Assembly: GCA_010093995.1 (NCBI GenBank)
Contig: ML992513.1
Span: forward strand, 803,203-867,202
Direction of reading: 5' to 3'
DNA: 64,000 nucleotides
Origin: Elsinoe ampelina
Lineage: Eukaryota
Under the pieces are notes generated by a model. That model was not told where the DNA came from. It did not search any database and saw nothing but the letters and a program-made list of their open reading frames with translations. How positions within the stretch are numbered: position 1 is the first letter of the stretch; every line of letters starts with the position of its first letter. The position numbers and the translations under genes are program-made. Positions 26,915-41,369 of this stretch are shown in pieces.

Positions 26915-29900
26915 GTAGAGAAGATTATTAAGTAGCTACTATATAATACTACTATAGAGGTATACTTATTTCTTAAAGTCTATATATACTATAGGCTATA
27001 GGTTTAGAACTTTATAATTATAGCTAAACTCTTATATTAATTACTCTATATAGAGGTAGTATTTATATAGAATACTATAGCTTAAGTATTAATAGATAAG
27101 CTTAAGGTAGTCTTAATATCTCTACTAGCCTTAATATTTATTAACTATATAGATAAAGCTAGAAAGATTATTCTAGCTATAGATACTAGCCTTTTAGGAT
27201 AGAAAGTAGTACTAATATAAGTTAATAAGAGCAATCTAAGACAATAGTATATTATTTATTTTAAGTCTAGAATATAGTCTAATATAGAGTAAAAGTATAA
27301 TACTAAGAAACGTAAGTACTATAGGCTACTTAAAGTATTATAGAAGGTTAAGTTATATCTCTATAGCGTTAGTTTTATAGTAGAAACTAATACTAACACT
27401 CTTATAGTATAACTAAATAAGTCTATAACTAATCTTCCTAGATCTATTACTATATACTAGATTATATAGCTTTAATTATTTATATTTAATATCTAATATA
27501 TTTCTAGTACTAAGAATTTTATAGCTAATAGACTCTTATATAGACTAAGGTTTCTATTAGATAATATAGAAGAAGCTTATAATAGAGATATTAAGAATGT
27601 TATTAATAATAAGTTTTTCTCTATAGATATATAACTACTATAGATTAGAAATATTCTTAAGTAAGGCTATAGTAACTAATTAATTATAATTATAAAATAC
27701 CTATATAATCTTTAACGCTCTATAGATATAGATATAAAAGAGTTTATCTAGTTTAAGTATAATACCTATAACTTCTTAGTAAAAGAAAAGTACCTATATT
27801 AGTAAGTATATAAGAAGTTACTACTATAAAGAGTTATAGACTAGAATATAGAGTATAAATATATAATATAAATAGTATATAATAAAGAAAAGTATAAAGA
27901 ATAAGAGGGGACCTAATATAAAGCCTCTAATAGATATTAGTAGCTAACTATATATATAGACATTTAATATTATATAGAGATATATAATAAGTACTAGAGA
28001 AGAGTATAGAAATACTCTACTAAAGAGCTTAAGACTTTAGGCGTTTCTACTCTTTATATAAAGTAGTATATTAATGTTGTCTATATATTAGTCTCCTAAG
28101 GTAAGAAGTATATATTAGTAGTAAAAGAAGCTATAAGTAGTTAGCTAGAGATATATAGACTTACTACTACTAATATAAAGGCTATTACGAGGTTTCTCTT
28201 TAAAGATATTATAATAAGGTATAGTACTATTAGTAGTATTATCTTTAATAGAGAACTAGAGTTTAAGAAAGCTATTTACTTAGTATATCTATAGTATAAT
28301 ATTAATTATATTATTATATTATTCTATAATCCCTAATCTAATAAGGTAGAGTATAGCTATCTAAATATAGTTAATAGCTTTATAAAGTTAACTAATAACA
28401 ATAATACTAGCTAGATATATTACCTTTATATAGTACTATAGGTAGAGAGAACTACTACTAACTATATTACTAGCTAAACTATAGTAATACTTATATATAG
28501 TAATAATATTATTCTTCTAGTTAAGTTTAAAATCTATATATAGTATATATAAGATTAGACAACTATTTAAATATATAAGGACCTACTTACTATATATGCT
28601 TATTAGCTTTAGCTATAAGATAATAACTTAGAAGAGATAAGAGTAAGAGTACTTTATCTATAGAAAGAGTATAAAGATATATAGAACTTAAGTTATAATA
28701 TATAAAGAGAGTAACTAAAGATTAATTATATAGTATTAGTATATAATTTATAGCTATAAAAGATCTACTAAGATAAGCTAAAGAATTAGTAGAGAAGCCT
28801 ATACTAAATTATAGTAGTATATAATTCTAGGTACTATAAGCTAGCTAAACTATATAGGTACTAACTCTCTAGAACCTATATATAATAGTAATTAAAGCTA
28901 TATTAATTAGTTAATAAGTATTAAATTAAAGCTATAGCTATTAGGTAAGTAATAAGAGAACTAGTAATTAAGATCTAGCTACTAGATAGCTTTAACTCTA
29001 AGAAGTATAAGTAATATAAGTAGAGTTTATTATTAGTATAAGGTATTTAGTGTTTTTATATCTAGAATAGATACTTAGTTAGTTAGAGAGAGGCGTTATT
29101 AGTAAATAACTAGCTACCTTTCTAGATAACGTAATAGAAGTCTTCTTATTCTTCTTCTACTTCTAGACTAATAGCTACTAGCTATAGAAGGACATTTAAA
29201 GTATATAAAGCTATCCTTATAGAGGACTACTATAGCTAATAATAGGTCTAAGAGTTATAGTTTAGTTATTAGAATTACCTATAGAGAGTAAAGTATATAG
29301 ATAAGAATAATAGATAGTTCTATATATAAGTCTAGCCTAAGGCTAAAGAAACTTCTAATCTAGATTAGTAGTTATATATAAGAAGAGAGAAGTATATAAG
29401 TAAAAGAAGAATATTTACTAAGGTCTAAGAGAGGTAAAGTTTTCTTTATAATTATAATTTCTTATATTTATAATTAGTTTTAGTATATTCTTTATTTAAT
29501 AGGTTTATAAATTCTTCTTATATAATAGATAGCTAGTTATAGAAGCTAAGGAGATAAAGTAGTAGCTAGGAGAAATAAAGAGATAGCTATAAACGAGATA
29601 TAGAAGAAGTATTAGAGTTATAAGGCACTTAATTATAACTAGTAAAATAAGAAGTTAATTATGTCTATTTATTAAGATATTAAGACTTATAAGAAGAAGA
29701 AGAAAGCTAGTATATAAAGTATATATAATATCGAGAGTAGAGTAGCTAGAAGTCTAAGCTATAATACTAAAATTATATAACTAATCTAAACTAAATCTTA
29801 ACTAAATCTAGTTTATATCTATCTTATATTACTACTTTCTCTCTTAAACGCGTTTACTCTTAAATACTATTATATACTATCTATTAATCTATTTTAGCCT

Positions 29901-31882
29901 TAGCTTATTTATATAAGAGTCTAAATAGTTACGTAGTATATTAGCTACTTCTTTAAGATTGTTAATTAGCTACTAGATAAGATTCTTTAGATATTTCTTC
30001 TAGCTTATATAGGTAACTAGCTTCCCTTATAATATATATATATTAATTATATTATCTACCTTATACTTCTTTTTACTATTAATCTCTATTAGAGGTAGCT
30101 CTTTAAAGACTTAGCCTAGAAGAGAGTTATTAGAGTACTTAGTTAGAAGATTAGCGTAAAACACTAAGTAAATTTGTTATAGCGCTAGTAGAAGCTCTAG
30201 CTTATATAATAGCCTTAAACGCTTCTTTAAGATCTTATATAGACTAACGTGTTTTAGTAGTAGCTTTAGATTACCTTAAAGCTAAAGGTTTTTTATCGAT
30301 AACTAAACTAAATTATCTATCTTAAATTCTATTAGCTAGTAGTATTTATTAGCTTATTCTACTATACGTAATTAGGCAATAGCGAGGTTTACCTTAGTAA
30401 TAGATAGTGCCTCCTTTAGTTATTTAGTAAGTGCTTAGATATTAGCCTTATTAAGCTTAGCTCTCATTAATAGTATATTAAAGAGAGGCTAGAAGCTTAG
30501 CTTAGACTTATATTCTCTAGTAACTTTAAAGAGTAACAACTTAGTACTTTCTAATAGGCTAGTATTAGTAGAGAACTCTACTACTAGTAGAATAAGAGTC
30601 TAATTACTAAAGTATATAGCGTATAAATAGATAACTCGCTTAAACTTATAATTTATAACCTCTAATTAGCTATTAGTTTAAGAGTAGCTAGTAGTTAAGA
30701 GCTTAGCTATAATTTTTAAAATCTAGTAGAGCCTACTCTATACGTTACTAACGAACTAAGAACTATAGTTAGAGGTAATACTATCTAGTAGACTATATAG
30801 TTTCTATATATAGAAGAATAATAACTTAGTAGTCTTAAATACTAAGGTCTTTCTATCTCTAGAGAAGTAAGAAATTAAGTGTTATTCCTTAGATAAACGA
30901 TTAATAATATAGAGTACTACGTTATAGCTATTAGCTAAAGGTAGACTAGTAACGAAGTCTATTATAATATATTACTAAGGCCTTTCTAGAATAGGTAAAG
31001 GTAATAGAAGGCTAGCTAGTAAGCTATAGTAAGCCTTTAAGCGTTTATAGTTATAGTAATTAGTAATAAACCTCTTAATAAAGTTATTATAGCCTAGAAT
31101 AAAAAAGATAGTCTTAATTATAGTAGCTATTTTAGTAGCTCTAGTATATATATAGTTCTTTAATATATAGATCTCTTAGATAACCTTTATAGCTATTAAC
31201 TATAGTACGAATAGTTAGCTAGCAACCTATAACATCCCTTTATTAATAGTAATATTAGTTAATAGTAGCTATTTTCTCTTTAGAAAGGTCTCTATTATAT
31301 AGTAGATGTCTCGAACTATTTTACACTTAGTGTTCTATAAGTTAGTATTATAAACTATCTAAATATAGTCTACGCTAGTAGTTTAAGCTAAGCTAAAAAC
31401 GAGGTAGTTTTACTTCTATAGTAGTATAGCACTAAGGTAAGAGTTAGAGAAGGTATATCTTATAGATAATAAAGTACAATTAGATAGTATTATAAAGGCT
31501 AGCCTTAGTAATACTAGTATTTACTATCTAGACAAGGTTAACTATAGTACTTATATAAGGTAAGAACTATTCCTATATATATATATTCTTTACTATATAC
31601 TCTATATACTCTATATACTCTATAGTAAGAGTTAGAGGCAATATAGAGTATATGTCCGCTAGTAACTTATATACTCTATAGTTTCTAGAGTAAAGCTACT
31701 AGAGAAGATAGAGAACTAAGTAAATATTAAGCTAAGTTACATAATAACCTTAGTAGCTTAATTAGTCCTAACGTCTCTATACTCTAGCTGTCCTACTAGT
31801 TTATAATATTACTTTTCTCCTTTAATCGAGTTATTCTAATAAGTAAGTATTTCTTTTTATCTTTATACGCTATATACTAAAT

Positions 31883-32430
31883 ATGTCTCCTAGTTGTCGA
31901 AGGCATAGTAAATCTAGTATATCTATATAAAAGAACCTCTTAGAGTTTATTAAATTATTTAGAACTAATATACTATAAGCTTACTCTTGTTATAAGTTAA
32001 AAGAGCTAGACTATAAAGTCTATATTTAGTCGGGTATTTATAGCTAGTATATTATAAGTAACTACTTAGGTTATAATATTTAAGTAATAAAATTAAAATA
32101 GTAGTATTTCTAGTCTAAATACATTTATTTACGAAAGAAATTAGTTATAGCTAAGGCTACTAGAAAGAAAGCTAAAGAAGCTTATAAAAAGGTAAAAGAG
32201 GCTTACTAAAGAGCTATAAGTAATAAGCTTCGCCTATATAAAGAGATATAGAAATTAAAGAATAAGGTAGAGAAAGTAATTTCTCTAGAGAAAACTTATA
32301 TTTAAGTTCTAGAGTAAGAGGAAATACTATTATTAGTAGATCCTATTCTACTATAGGATTAGTAATTATTTATACTCGACTCTAATTAGAGTTCTCTATT
32401 TAGTAACAATTAGAGTACTTCTATTAGCTA
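31883..32430 (+). pseudogene. Antisense accessory ORF of E3: Zn(II)2Cys6-like cluster plus coiled coil (RIP-destroyed)
   Basis: In-frame ATG at 31883. TAY (ex-TGY) codons at 31982, 31991, 32012, 32039, 32048, 32072 give C-x2-C-x6-C-x8-C-x2-C-x7-C, followed by a K/E/A-rich heptad-like stretch. Confidence 0.7.
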
Positions 32431-34943
32431 AGTAGTCTTCCTTAAGTATTCTTGTTTTTATTTAGTGTTAGTAGCGTTAGACTTACCTAGTTAGTTTACT
32501 TAGGATAGGTTTTTAGTTTAGTAATTTAGAATTACTTACGAGGTAAGGTGTTTCTCTAGTTTCTATATTACTTTACTATACTAATGTCCCTTCTAGTAAA
32601 TAAGATAGTAGTGTTTTTCTTTTATAAGTTTATAATGTAAAACTCTTTTAATCTTATACTATAGCTCTTATGTTTCTTTATTTAGTTTAATAGGTCTAGG
32701 TACTACGTCTTATAGTACTTTCTCTAATAGTAATATATAAAAGACTAAGTAGATTCTTATATACCTAGGTAGTTCTAGTTTATATACATTTTTATTTTTC
32801 TTTTCTAGGATCTTAAAGAGTCCTAGTTTAGTATAGTTAAGTTTCTTACTTAGTTATTTTATTTTAATGTTTTTACTAAGGAGGTAAACTTTCTCTCTCT
32901 TCTATAGAATTAGTCTTATAATTCTCTTCTAGTTAGTAAACTCTACTATTCTTTATAATATAAATACTATATCGTAGTATAGCTAGTTATATAGTTTCTT
33001 AATATTAGCTACTAGTATATTAGTATCCTTAGATATTAGCTTAATTCTAAGTATGTTATAGTATAGATCTAGGTATATTCTATAGTTTATATAGAATAGT
33101 AAAATTCTATTTACTAACTTTCTATTATTAATAGTAAGCTCTATAAGTAGTAATAGTATTACTTATAAGTCTTACTTATAGTTTAGGTAGTATTATAGGT
33201 ACTACTCTAGTACTTAATTTGCCTATTTAGTTTATTTGTCCGTTTATAGATAAAAGAAAGTTAATAGCTTATATTTAACTCCTAGTAGATTTATAAATAA
33301 TTACTAGAATTATAACGTAAATAGCTTATCTCTATTAGTTATTAGGTCTTATAGTACTCTATATTATAAAACAATTATTCGGAGAAAGATAAAGGCTATA
33401 TCCTTAGTAGTTACTATTGTCTTATATAGTATAAAGTAGTAATACTTTATAAACCTATCTACTAGAACTAGAATACTATTATACCTTACACCTATAAGAG
33501 ATTCTTCTAATAATAGTAGAGGTTCTATAAAGTCTATTATAACTAATTACTATAGTTTATCTAGTAGTAGTAAGAGTTATAGTAGGCTATATAGTTTATG
33601 TCGGGAGTACTTAGACTTATAGTAAGTATCGTAGGCGGCGATATATATCTTAATATCGTTTTAGAGTTCTTTCTAGAGGTAGTTTTATATAAGAAGTTTA
33701 ATAGTCTTATTAATTCTGCTATGTCCTACTATTAGGTTATTATAGTATATTTAAATAACTTCTTATTTCTATTCTTACGTAAGCTTCTAGGTAAGGCTAT
33801 ATAACTACTTTACCTTTAGGTACTTATAGACTAAAGCGTTATCTTACTACTTTAGTATAGAGGCCTCTATTATTGTTATATTCTTTAAGTAGTCTAGTTA
33901 TTAGCTAAGAGCGTCTACTTTACTATTCTCTAATTCCTTAATATAGTAGATCTAAAAGTTATAGCTTATAAGTGTTTCTAACTATCGAACCTATTGTCTA
34001 TTAAGAACCTTAGTTATTGTCTAATATAATAGGTTCTTATAGTTAGTATAGACTTATATAGGTAAGGTTATTTCTTCTAGGTATACTCTTTACTTACGAA
34101 ATACTTTTATAATTATAAGTAACTCTTTATTATATATATTATAGTTAAGTTTAGGTCTAGTTATTTTTCGTAAGTAGTATATAATTAGGTAGCATTATTC
34201 TTCTACGTTCTTCTATGCTAGATATACTTCTATTATAAAGTCTAAAGTATCTATTTCTAGTAGTGCTTATTAGTCTAGGTTAAAGAGTACTAGGATAGGT
34301 ACTATTATAAGTCTAAGCTTTAGCTTCTTAAAGGCCTACTTACATTTTTCGTTAAAGATAAAGCTAGTTTCTTTCTTTATAAGGTTAGATATTAGCGTAG
34401 CTACCTTAGAGAATTCTTTAATAAACTTATAGTAGTAGTTAAAGAACTCTAGTAGCGCTTAAATCTCCTTAACTATAGTAGGTTCTAGCTAGTTATTTAC
34501 TAACTTAATCTTTTTTAGGTTAGGTCTAATGCTATTAGTAGATATAACATAGCCTAGAAATTATATCTTATATTTATAAAACTTATACTTAGAGAGCTTT
34601 ACTAGTAGGTCTTTTTCTTTTAGTTTCTATAGTACTTTATAAATATGTCTTATATGTTTATTGTATATCTTTAAGAAGATAATAATATTATCTAAATATA
34701 CTAAGACAAAGTCGTTAAGGTATTCTTATAGAGTATTATTAATTAACTCTTAGAAGGTTATAGAAGTATTAGTTAACTTAAAGAGTATAACGAGGTACTT
34801 ATATAGACTCTATTACGTTCTAAAAGCTATTTTCTACTCCTTACTCTTCTTTATTTATACTTAATAATAAGTATCTCTAATATTAATCGTAGTAAACTAT
34901 TTAGCTTTAAGTAGTTAGTTTTAAAGTTTGTCGATCCTTAGTA

Positions 34944-35033
34944 GAGAATAGTAATTCTTCCTAGTAAGTATATTAAGTTTCTAGTAATGAGAATAGTAAT
35001 TCTTCCTAGTAAGTATATTAAGTTTCTAGTAAT
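34944..35033. repeat. Perfect 45-bp tandem duplication inside E3 RT
   Basis: GAGAATAGTAATTCTTCCTAGTAAGTATATTAAGTTTCTAGTAAT twice. Confidence 0.9.
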
Positions 35034-38000
35034 TAATATATATTTATAATATCTTATTCTTTTTAGGTATAAAAAGCACTCTATATATAATAGGTAATTT
35101 TAATAGTTATATAAATTCTTTAAGTAAGTACTTGTTAATATAGTTCTTAAGGACATTCTTCTCTTATTTCGATAGTAGTATAAGACCTTAATAGTATATT
35201 AGGGATTTACTCTCTTTAAAGAGTATTTTATAATTCTATAGTTTATATTAGAGTAAGGCTATAATGTCTTTTCTTTCTTTAAATAAGTCCTTAAAGTCTT
35301 TATATTCTAGCGGAAGTACTTAATTACTTACGCTAGCGATAGCTCTAACTATTAGTCGTATCTATACTATTCTTATAGTTAGTATTCGTAGAGCTAATTA
35401 TACTCTCTATGTCTTATAATTATACTTAGGGAATTCGAGTGTTTCTTTAATCTAGTCTATATCTAGATTATGTTATTAAAGCTAGTCTATACTAAGTACT
35501 ATATTATACTATATATTAACTATATCGATTAATCGTTTTTCTATATATGTTTTAATTTTAATTATAACGCTTTATAGTTCCTAAGTAACTTTCCTATTCT
35601 TCCCTATAGGAGTTCTATTCGCTATAGTAAGTAAGTAAGGTAACTCCTTCTAGTATTAATAAAGTTTAAGCTAATTAGTAACTATTATAGAGACGTAGCT
35701 ATAGTTAGCTTCTAAATCTATTATTACTCTTACCTTATTCCCTTATATCTTAACTTCTAGTATAAAGTAGTTTAATATATAAATCTTTATTACGTTAAGG
35801 CTTTAGCTAGTGTTATTATCTTACTTTACTAGGCGACAACTAGCTAGTTTTTTATTATTATAGCTCCTTAGATAAGTAGCTAATTCCTTCCTATACGTAT
35901 CTACTATTAGTACTATACCTATTAGGCTAGTTATATCTTATTACTATTTAATATAGTAAAGTAGACTTCTAGCGCTTAAGTTCCTTAATAACTATAAAGT
36001 CTAATAATTCTCTACTAATTATACTAAGTAGTATTATATACTTATATTAGTATAACTATTCCCTCTAGATAGAGCTATATATTAGCATTAAAGACAAATA
36101 TAGGTTAAGTAGATTTATCTTGTCGTATTCTACTCTAGTAGTAAGTATATATTATTATATAATTTCTCTATATTTCTATAAGGTATACCTTAAGTTGTTT
36201 GCCTAGTAGTAGTATATTGTTATTATTATTGTTATTAGATAAGTTCTTATTTATGTTATTATATTATAGTTGTTTAGTATATTCTTTATTATATCTCTCT
36301 TTATTACTACTACCTCTAGTATAGTTATAATTAGTAAGGCTATACTAAGTATATTCTCTTACTTAGCTATAAAGGATAGTACTATCTATTTTAATTACTA
36401 AGAAGTCTATAGTATATTTAAGACTAATAGTGTCTTCTCTAAGTATATTATATAAGTAGATAGTATAGTACTATTTATAATTTAGATTTGTATATTTCTA
36501 GAGTAATATATAATATACCTTTCCTTATAGTTTACTATAAAAGCTAAAGGTAAGACTACTATATTATTATATAGTACTTACGTCCTAATACTTCGTCTTA
36601 ATAATTGTATATTAGTAATTGTTACTAACTACCTTCTAAGGTTAGTTAGTGTTACTACTAATTATAGAGAGCTCTTTTAGGTTAAGTTTCTAGTCTAGCT
36701 ATTTTATTAGTTACCTACGCTTAGATAGCTTATATAGAAACTAACTAGATCCTTACTTGTCTAATAAGTAAATATAATAAGAGTTATTATAATATACTAT
36801 CTATAATAGCGTTACGTATTAGCTTTATTATTTACTATTAGTTATAGAGATATTAAGTATAATATTTAGAGAGAATTCTCTTACCTCTTAAGTCGTTATA
36901 GACTTCTTCTATATTTCCTTACCTATACTAAAGGTCGTTAGGACTTCTATAGTAGTATTAGCCTTTATTTCTACTAGCCTAGTAACTATTATATATAATT
37001 TATCAACTAGCGCCTCTTATTAGTAGTCCCTAGCCCGATACCTAGGTCTTTTATACTTAAAACATAGATTGTCTTATCTATACTTCTCTCTCTCTTTTCT
37101 ACTAAGGAACTTTTCTCTATAGCTATAGCTTTATACCTATAAGGGGCAGCCTTTATATATAATATTAAGTTCTATAAAGTCTCTATAGTTTCAGGAGAAA
37201 CATATATATCTAGTATTTATCTTATATCTTCTATAACGTTCTATATATCGTTTATAAAGTTAGTTATTAATAGTAATTATAGTGTCTACTAGCTCCTAAA
37301 GGCTATTAGGCAGCTTAGGTATTATTTAGTCTTTAACTAAGTCGCTTAGTCCTTAGTAGAATACTAAATGTTTAGCACTATTATTCTAGTCTAGGTATAT
37401 TACGAGCTATTAGAACTAGGAATAGTACTAGGCTATAGACTCTTATTATTATAGTTATTAGATCTTTGTCGCGGCGATATGTTTCTTATTAGATATATTA
37501 AAGACTTACTTAATCTTTGCCTAGAAGATACTAAAGCTCCTAAAGATAGCCTTTATATCTAGGCTTAGTTATCTATCTAGGTAGCTACTTATATAAGACT
37601 TAAACTACCCGAAGGTAGCGCCTTTAAAGTGTATTTTAGTATAGAGAACCTTTACTACGTCGTTAGTATACTTATCTTCTTTTAGAGTAAAGAAAGCTTT
37701 AAGTTAGATAAGAAAGTACCTTAAGTAGGCATAGTCTCTATAGAAGAGTTCTATCTCTAGCTTAGGCTTACTCTATCTTTTCTCTATACTAAGAGACCTT
37801 CTATATTCGCCCGAGGTTAAACTAGTAGTAGATATATTATTAATAGTAAGCTTTTCTAGCTTACTAGTAATCGAAGATACTAATAGTAACTTAGAGTAAG
37901 AGTTACTTATTAACCTCGTAGCGTGCTATACTATAGTAAGAGTAGTTAAAATGTTATAAACTATCTAAATATAGTCTATACTAGTAGTCTAAGCTAAGCT

Positions 38001-41000
38001 AAGAATAAGGTAGTTCTACTTCTATAGTAGTATAGTACTAAGGTAAGAGTTAGAGAAGGTATATCTTATAGATAATAAAGTATAATTAGATAGTATTATA
38101 AAGGCTAGCCTTAGTAATACTAGTATTCGCTATTTAGATAAGGTTAACTATAGTACTTATATAAGGTAAGGACTATTCCTATATATATATATTCTTTACT
38201 ATATACTCTATATACTTTATATACTTTATAGCGAGAGTTAGGAGTAATATAGAGTATACGTCCGCTAGTAACCTATATACTCTATAGTTTCTAGAGTAGA
38301 GCTACTAGAGAAGATAGAGAACTAGGTAAATGTCGAGCTAAGTTACGTAATAACCTTAGTAGCTTAATTAGTCCTAACGTCCCTATACTCTAGCTATTCT
38401 ACTAGTTTATAATAGTTAGCTTTAGCTACTTCTTTAAAAAGAGATAAAGGCTCTTCTATAGCTATTATAAGTACTACGTAGATACCTAGTTTAGTAGCTA
38501 AAATAGGCGCTAATATAAGTTATAAAATAGAAAGTAAGATAGGTAATAAGCTAGATAATAAACTAGTTTATAAACTAGATAACGAACTAGATACTAGTTT
38601 AACTTAAGCTAGTAGTTAATATAGTCTAGCCTATCCTAACTTAGTAGCTAAGCTAAAATCTAGTTAGTAAGCTAAACTAGAACTAAACTAGTTCTAAACT
38701 AGAATAGGGATTTTACTAAGCTAGATTCCTAGATTTAAGCTAGGCTTAGATCTAGATTCTAGCCTTTTAATTAGCTATAGTAGCTTCTACTTAATAACGA
38801 TAGGTATAGAATCTTCTTTATATATAACTTAGCTATGTTTATAGTCGATAGTAGCTCTATTAGCCTTAAGCTAACTAAGGCTAAGAATAATATTAAAACG
38901 GCTAATATCTATAATATAGAAAGTAGTAAGAGTATTTAGCTTACTAGAGATAGTAGTAATAAGAGAGATACTATATATAACTTATTCTATTAGAACGCTA
39001 TTATAAGCTTAAAGCTAAATAAGGCTAGCTAACACTATAGAGTAGCTAAAACTCTTTAGCTTATTAAGGACGTTATAATTAACTATAGCGCTAATAAGTA
39101 TACTAGTATTAATAAAGGTATAAAATGTAATAGTATAAGAGTAGTTATAGAGGTTATAAATAGTAATAGGAGTTATAATAGTAGAGATATAATAGCTAAT
39201 AATGCTATTTATTGTCTATATACCTCTAGATCTATCTTAAATTACTCTTATTCTACTATAGAATAGGACTTATCCTCTAGCTACTTATTTCTCTAGCTAG
39301 AGAAACTAGTAAGTTTATAGTCTATTTTAGAGTTAAACTAAGACTAAACTAGATCTAGTTTATAAGCCGAACTAGTATTAACTTAGTTACTTAACTTAGC
39401 TAAGCGATTCTAGAGCTACTATATCTCCTCTATAGTACTAATATATATAGGGTATATAGTAGCGTAAGTAGCCTTCTCTAAAGTACTAGCTAGGCACTTA
39501 GTAGAGATATAGCTAGGTTTACTATATATATAATAGGTAAGTACCTAAGTTAAATAGAAAAGCTATAGAGCGCCTTTAGTAATAGAGTAGAAGGTAGCTA
39601 GAGTAGTAGGTATAGAGGTAGAATAAGATATATAAGTAGGAGTAGTAGTAGTATAGCTTATAGCTAGGCTAAAGTATAAAGCCTAGGTACGCTTAGTAAT
39701 AAGGTTACTCTACTAGATATTATAATTAGTAATATAAGCCACTCTAATAAAGATAGAGAGGCTATTAGTATTAAAGTTAATAAGAGTAGCACGTAGCTTA
39801 CTAGATATCTTCTACTAAAGCTAGTAGAGCTATTTATCTTTAGTAATCTTAGTATAGAGAGTATACTTATTAAACTTGCTAATAAAGAAGTTAAAGAAGA
39901 TATTATACTAGAAGAGACTAGTAAACTAAGTATATACTATAGCCTTATAGTTAGAGTCCTTAAAGTATTAAGCTAGAAGAGTAAGAGTCTTATTAACGCT
40001 AATAGTATTATTACTAGCAGTGTCTATAATAAGAGTATATACTTTACTAGAGAGGTATAAGTATAAGTAAGTAATTTAGATAGCCTTAGTAGAGAAGTAG
40101 TTAGCGTTAGTATATATCTTGTTCTTTATCTAATGTTTAAAGACCTTAAACTATTCTAGAGTACTACTAGAGAGGATAGTAGAGTCTAGTATCTTCTCTA
40201 ATAATATAACGCTATATATAGAAGAGGCTAGTATAGTACGTCCTATCTTAGCTCTTAGCTAGGCTAGTTTAGTTTTAAGTTTACTAATGTTAGTAAGGTA
40301 GTATATAGCCTAAGTAGTAATATTATTAGTAGTACTATTAGCTATATCTAGTTTAATAAAGACGTTATCTAACTAGTTATATAGATTAAGAGTATTAGTA
40401 TATACTAAGTTATATATAGTAATCTATTTATTATAAGTAGACTTAATAAAGATAAAGGCCTTACGTAGAGTAATTATACTATCTAACTCTTATAATTTCT
40501 TCTTTAGGTTAGAGTTATTAAGGTAGATAAAGTTATAATAGAATAACTAGATAGGTTTATTATTGTTATTAGTAGGGGGTAGAGAGATCTTACTTACGTA
40601 ATAGATATTATTACTATAGTTAGAGTAAGCTATACTTAGTATAGTTAGTTATAAATAGAATAGTATAAAAAGTTAATACGTAATAAAGAAAATATCGAAA
40701 TTTTCGGCTAGTAGCTTACTTTCTTTAAGAGTCGTCTATAACTTAACTTATTATCTTCTTCTTATATTTATAGTTCGTAGTATTAACCTATATAGTAGTA
40801 GTAAGAATCTATTATAGTATACGTAGGAACTATAGTAGTAATAGCTTCTTCTTTAATTCTTTAATTCTTTATAAGTAGTAGTTATTAGTAGTTACGTAAG
40901 TAGTAGAATAACTAGATAGTTTAATAGCTCTATTACTTAGTCGTAGTTGTTTTAAAGTCTCGATATAGTAATTATAACTAGTAAGATAAGAGGTTAATTA

Positions 41001-41369
41001 CGTCTATTTATTAAGATATTAAGACTTAGAAGAAAAAGAAGAAAGCTAGTATATAAAGTATATATAATATTAAGAGTAAAGTAGCTAAAAGTCTAAGCTA
41101 TAATACTAAGATTATATAACTAATCTAAACTAAATCCTAACTAAATCTAGTTCGTATTTATCTTATATTAGTACTAGTAATATATATATAGAAAGACTTC
41201 TAATATAAGGTAAGTTACTAGATATAATATAAACCTAGTAGCTTACTATAGAGGTATACTTACTATAGCTATAGAAATTTTTTTATATTATATTAATAAC
41301 TATCTTATATATCTTTTATCTTTATTTTATACCTTCTATACTTTTATATATATATTATCTCTTTCTATA

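Larger units (their letters stand above)
31346..38414 (-). mobile_element. Complete Ty3/Gypsy chromovirus E3 (RIP-inactivated) nested in E2
   Basis: 463-bp LTRs at 31346-31808 and 37952-38414, TSD GTTAG, PPT ~31809-31823. RT VYLDDIIIF (~34677-34703), integrase ~33150-33750, chromodomain YYLIHWKG...EATWEPEKHL (~32540-32620), gag ending near GDPMELD (~37165-37185). Confidence 0.95.
29630..41170 (-). mobile_element. Ty3/Gypsy element E2 (E1 family, RT/RNase H deleted, interrupted by E3)
   Basis: LTRs at 29630-~29831 and 40969-41170 match the E1 LTRs; TSD GCACT/GTACT (CA->TA). 29832-31345 is homologous to the E1 integrase region; 38610-40968 is homologous to E1 19230-21580. Confidence 0.9.
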
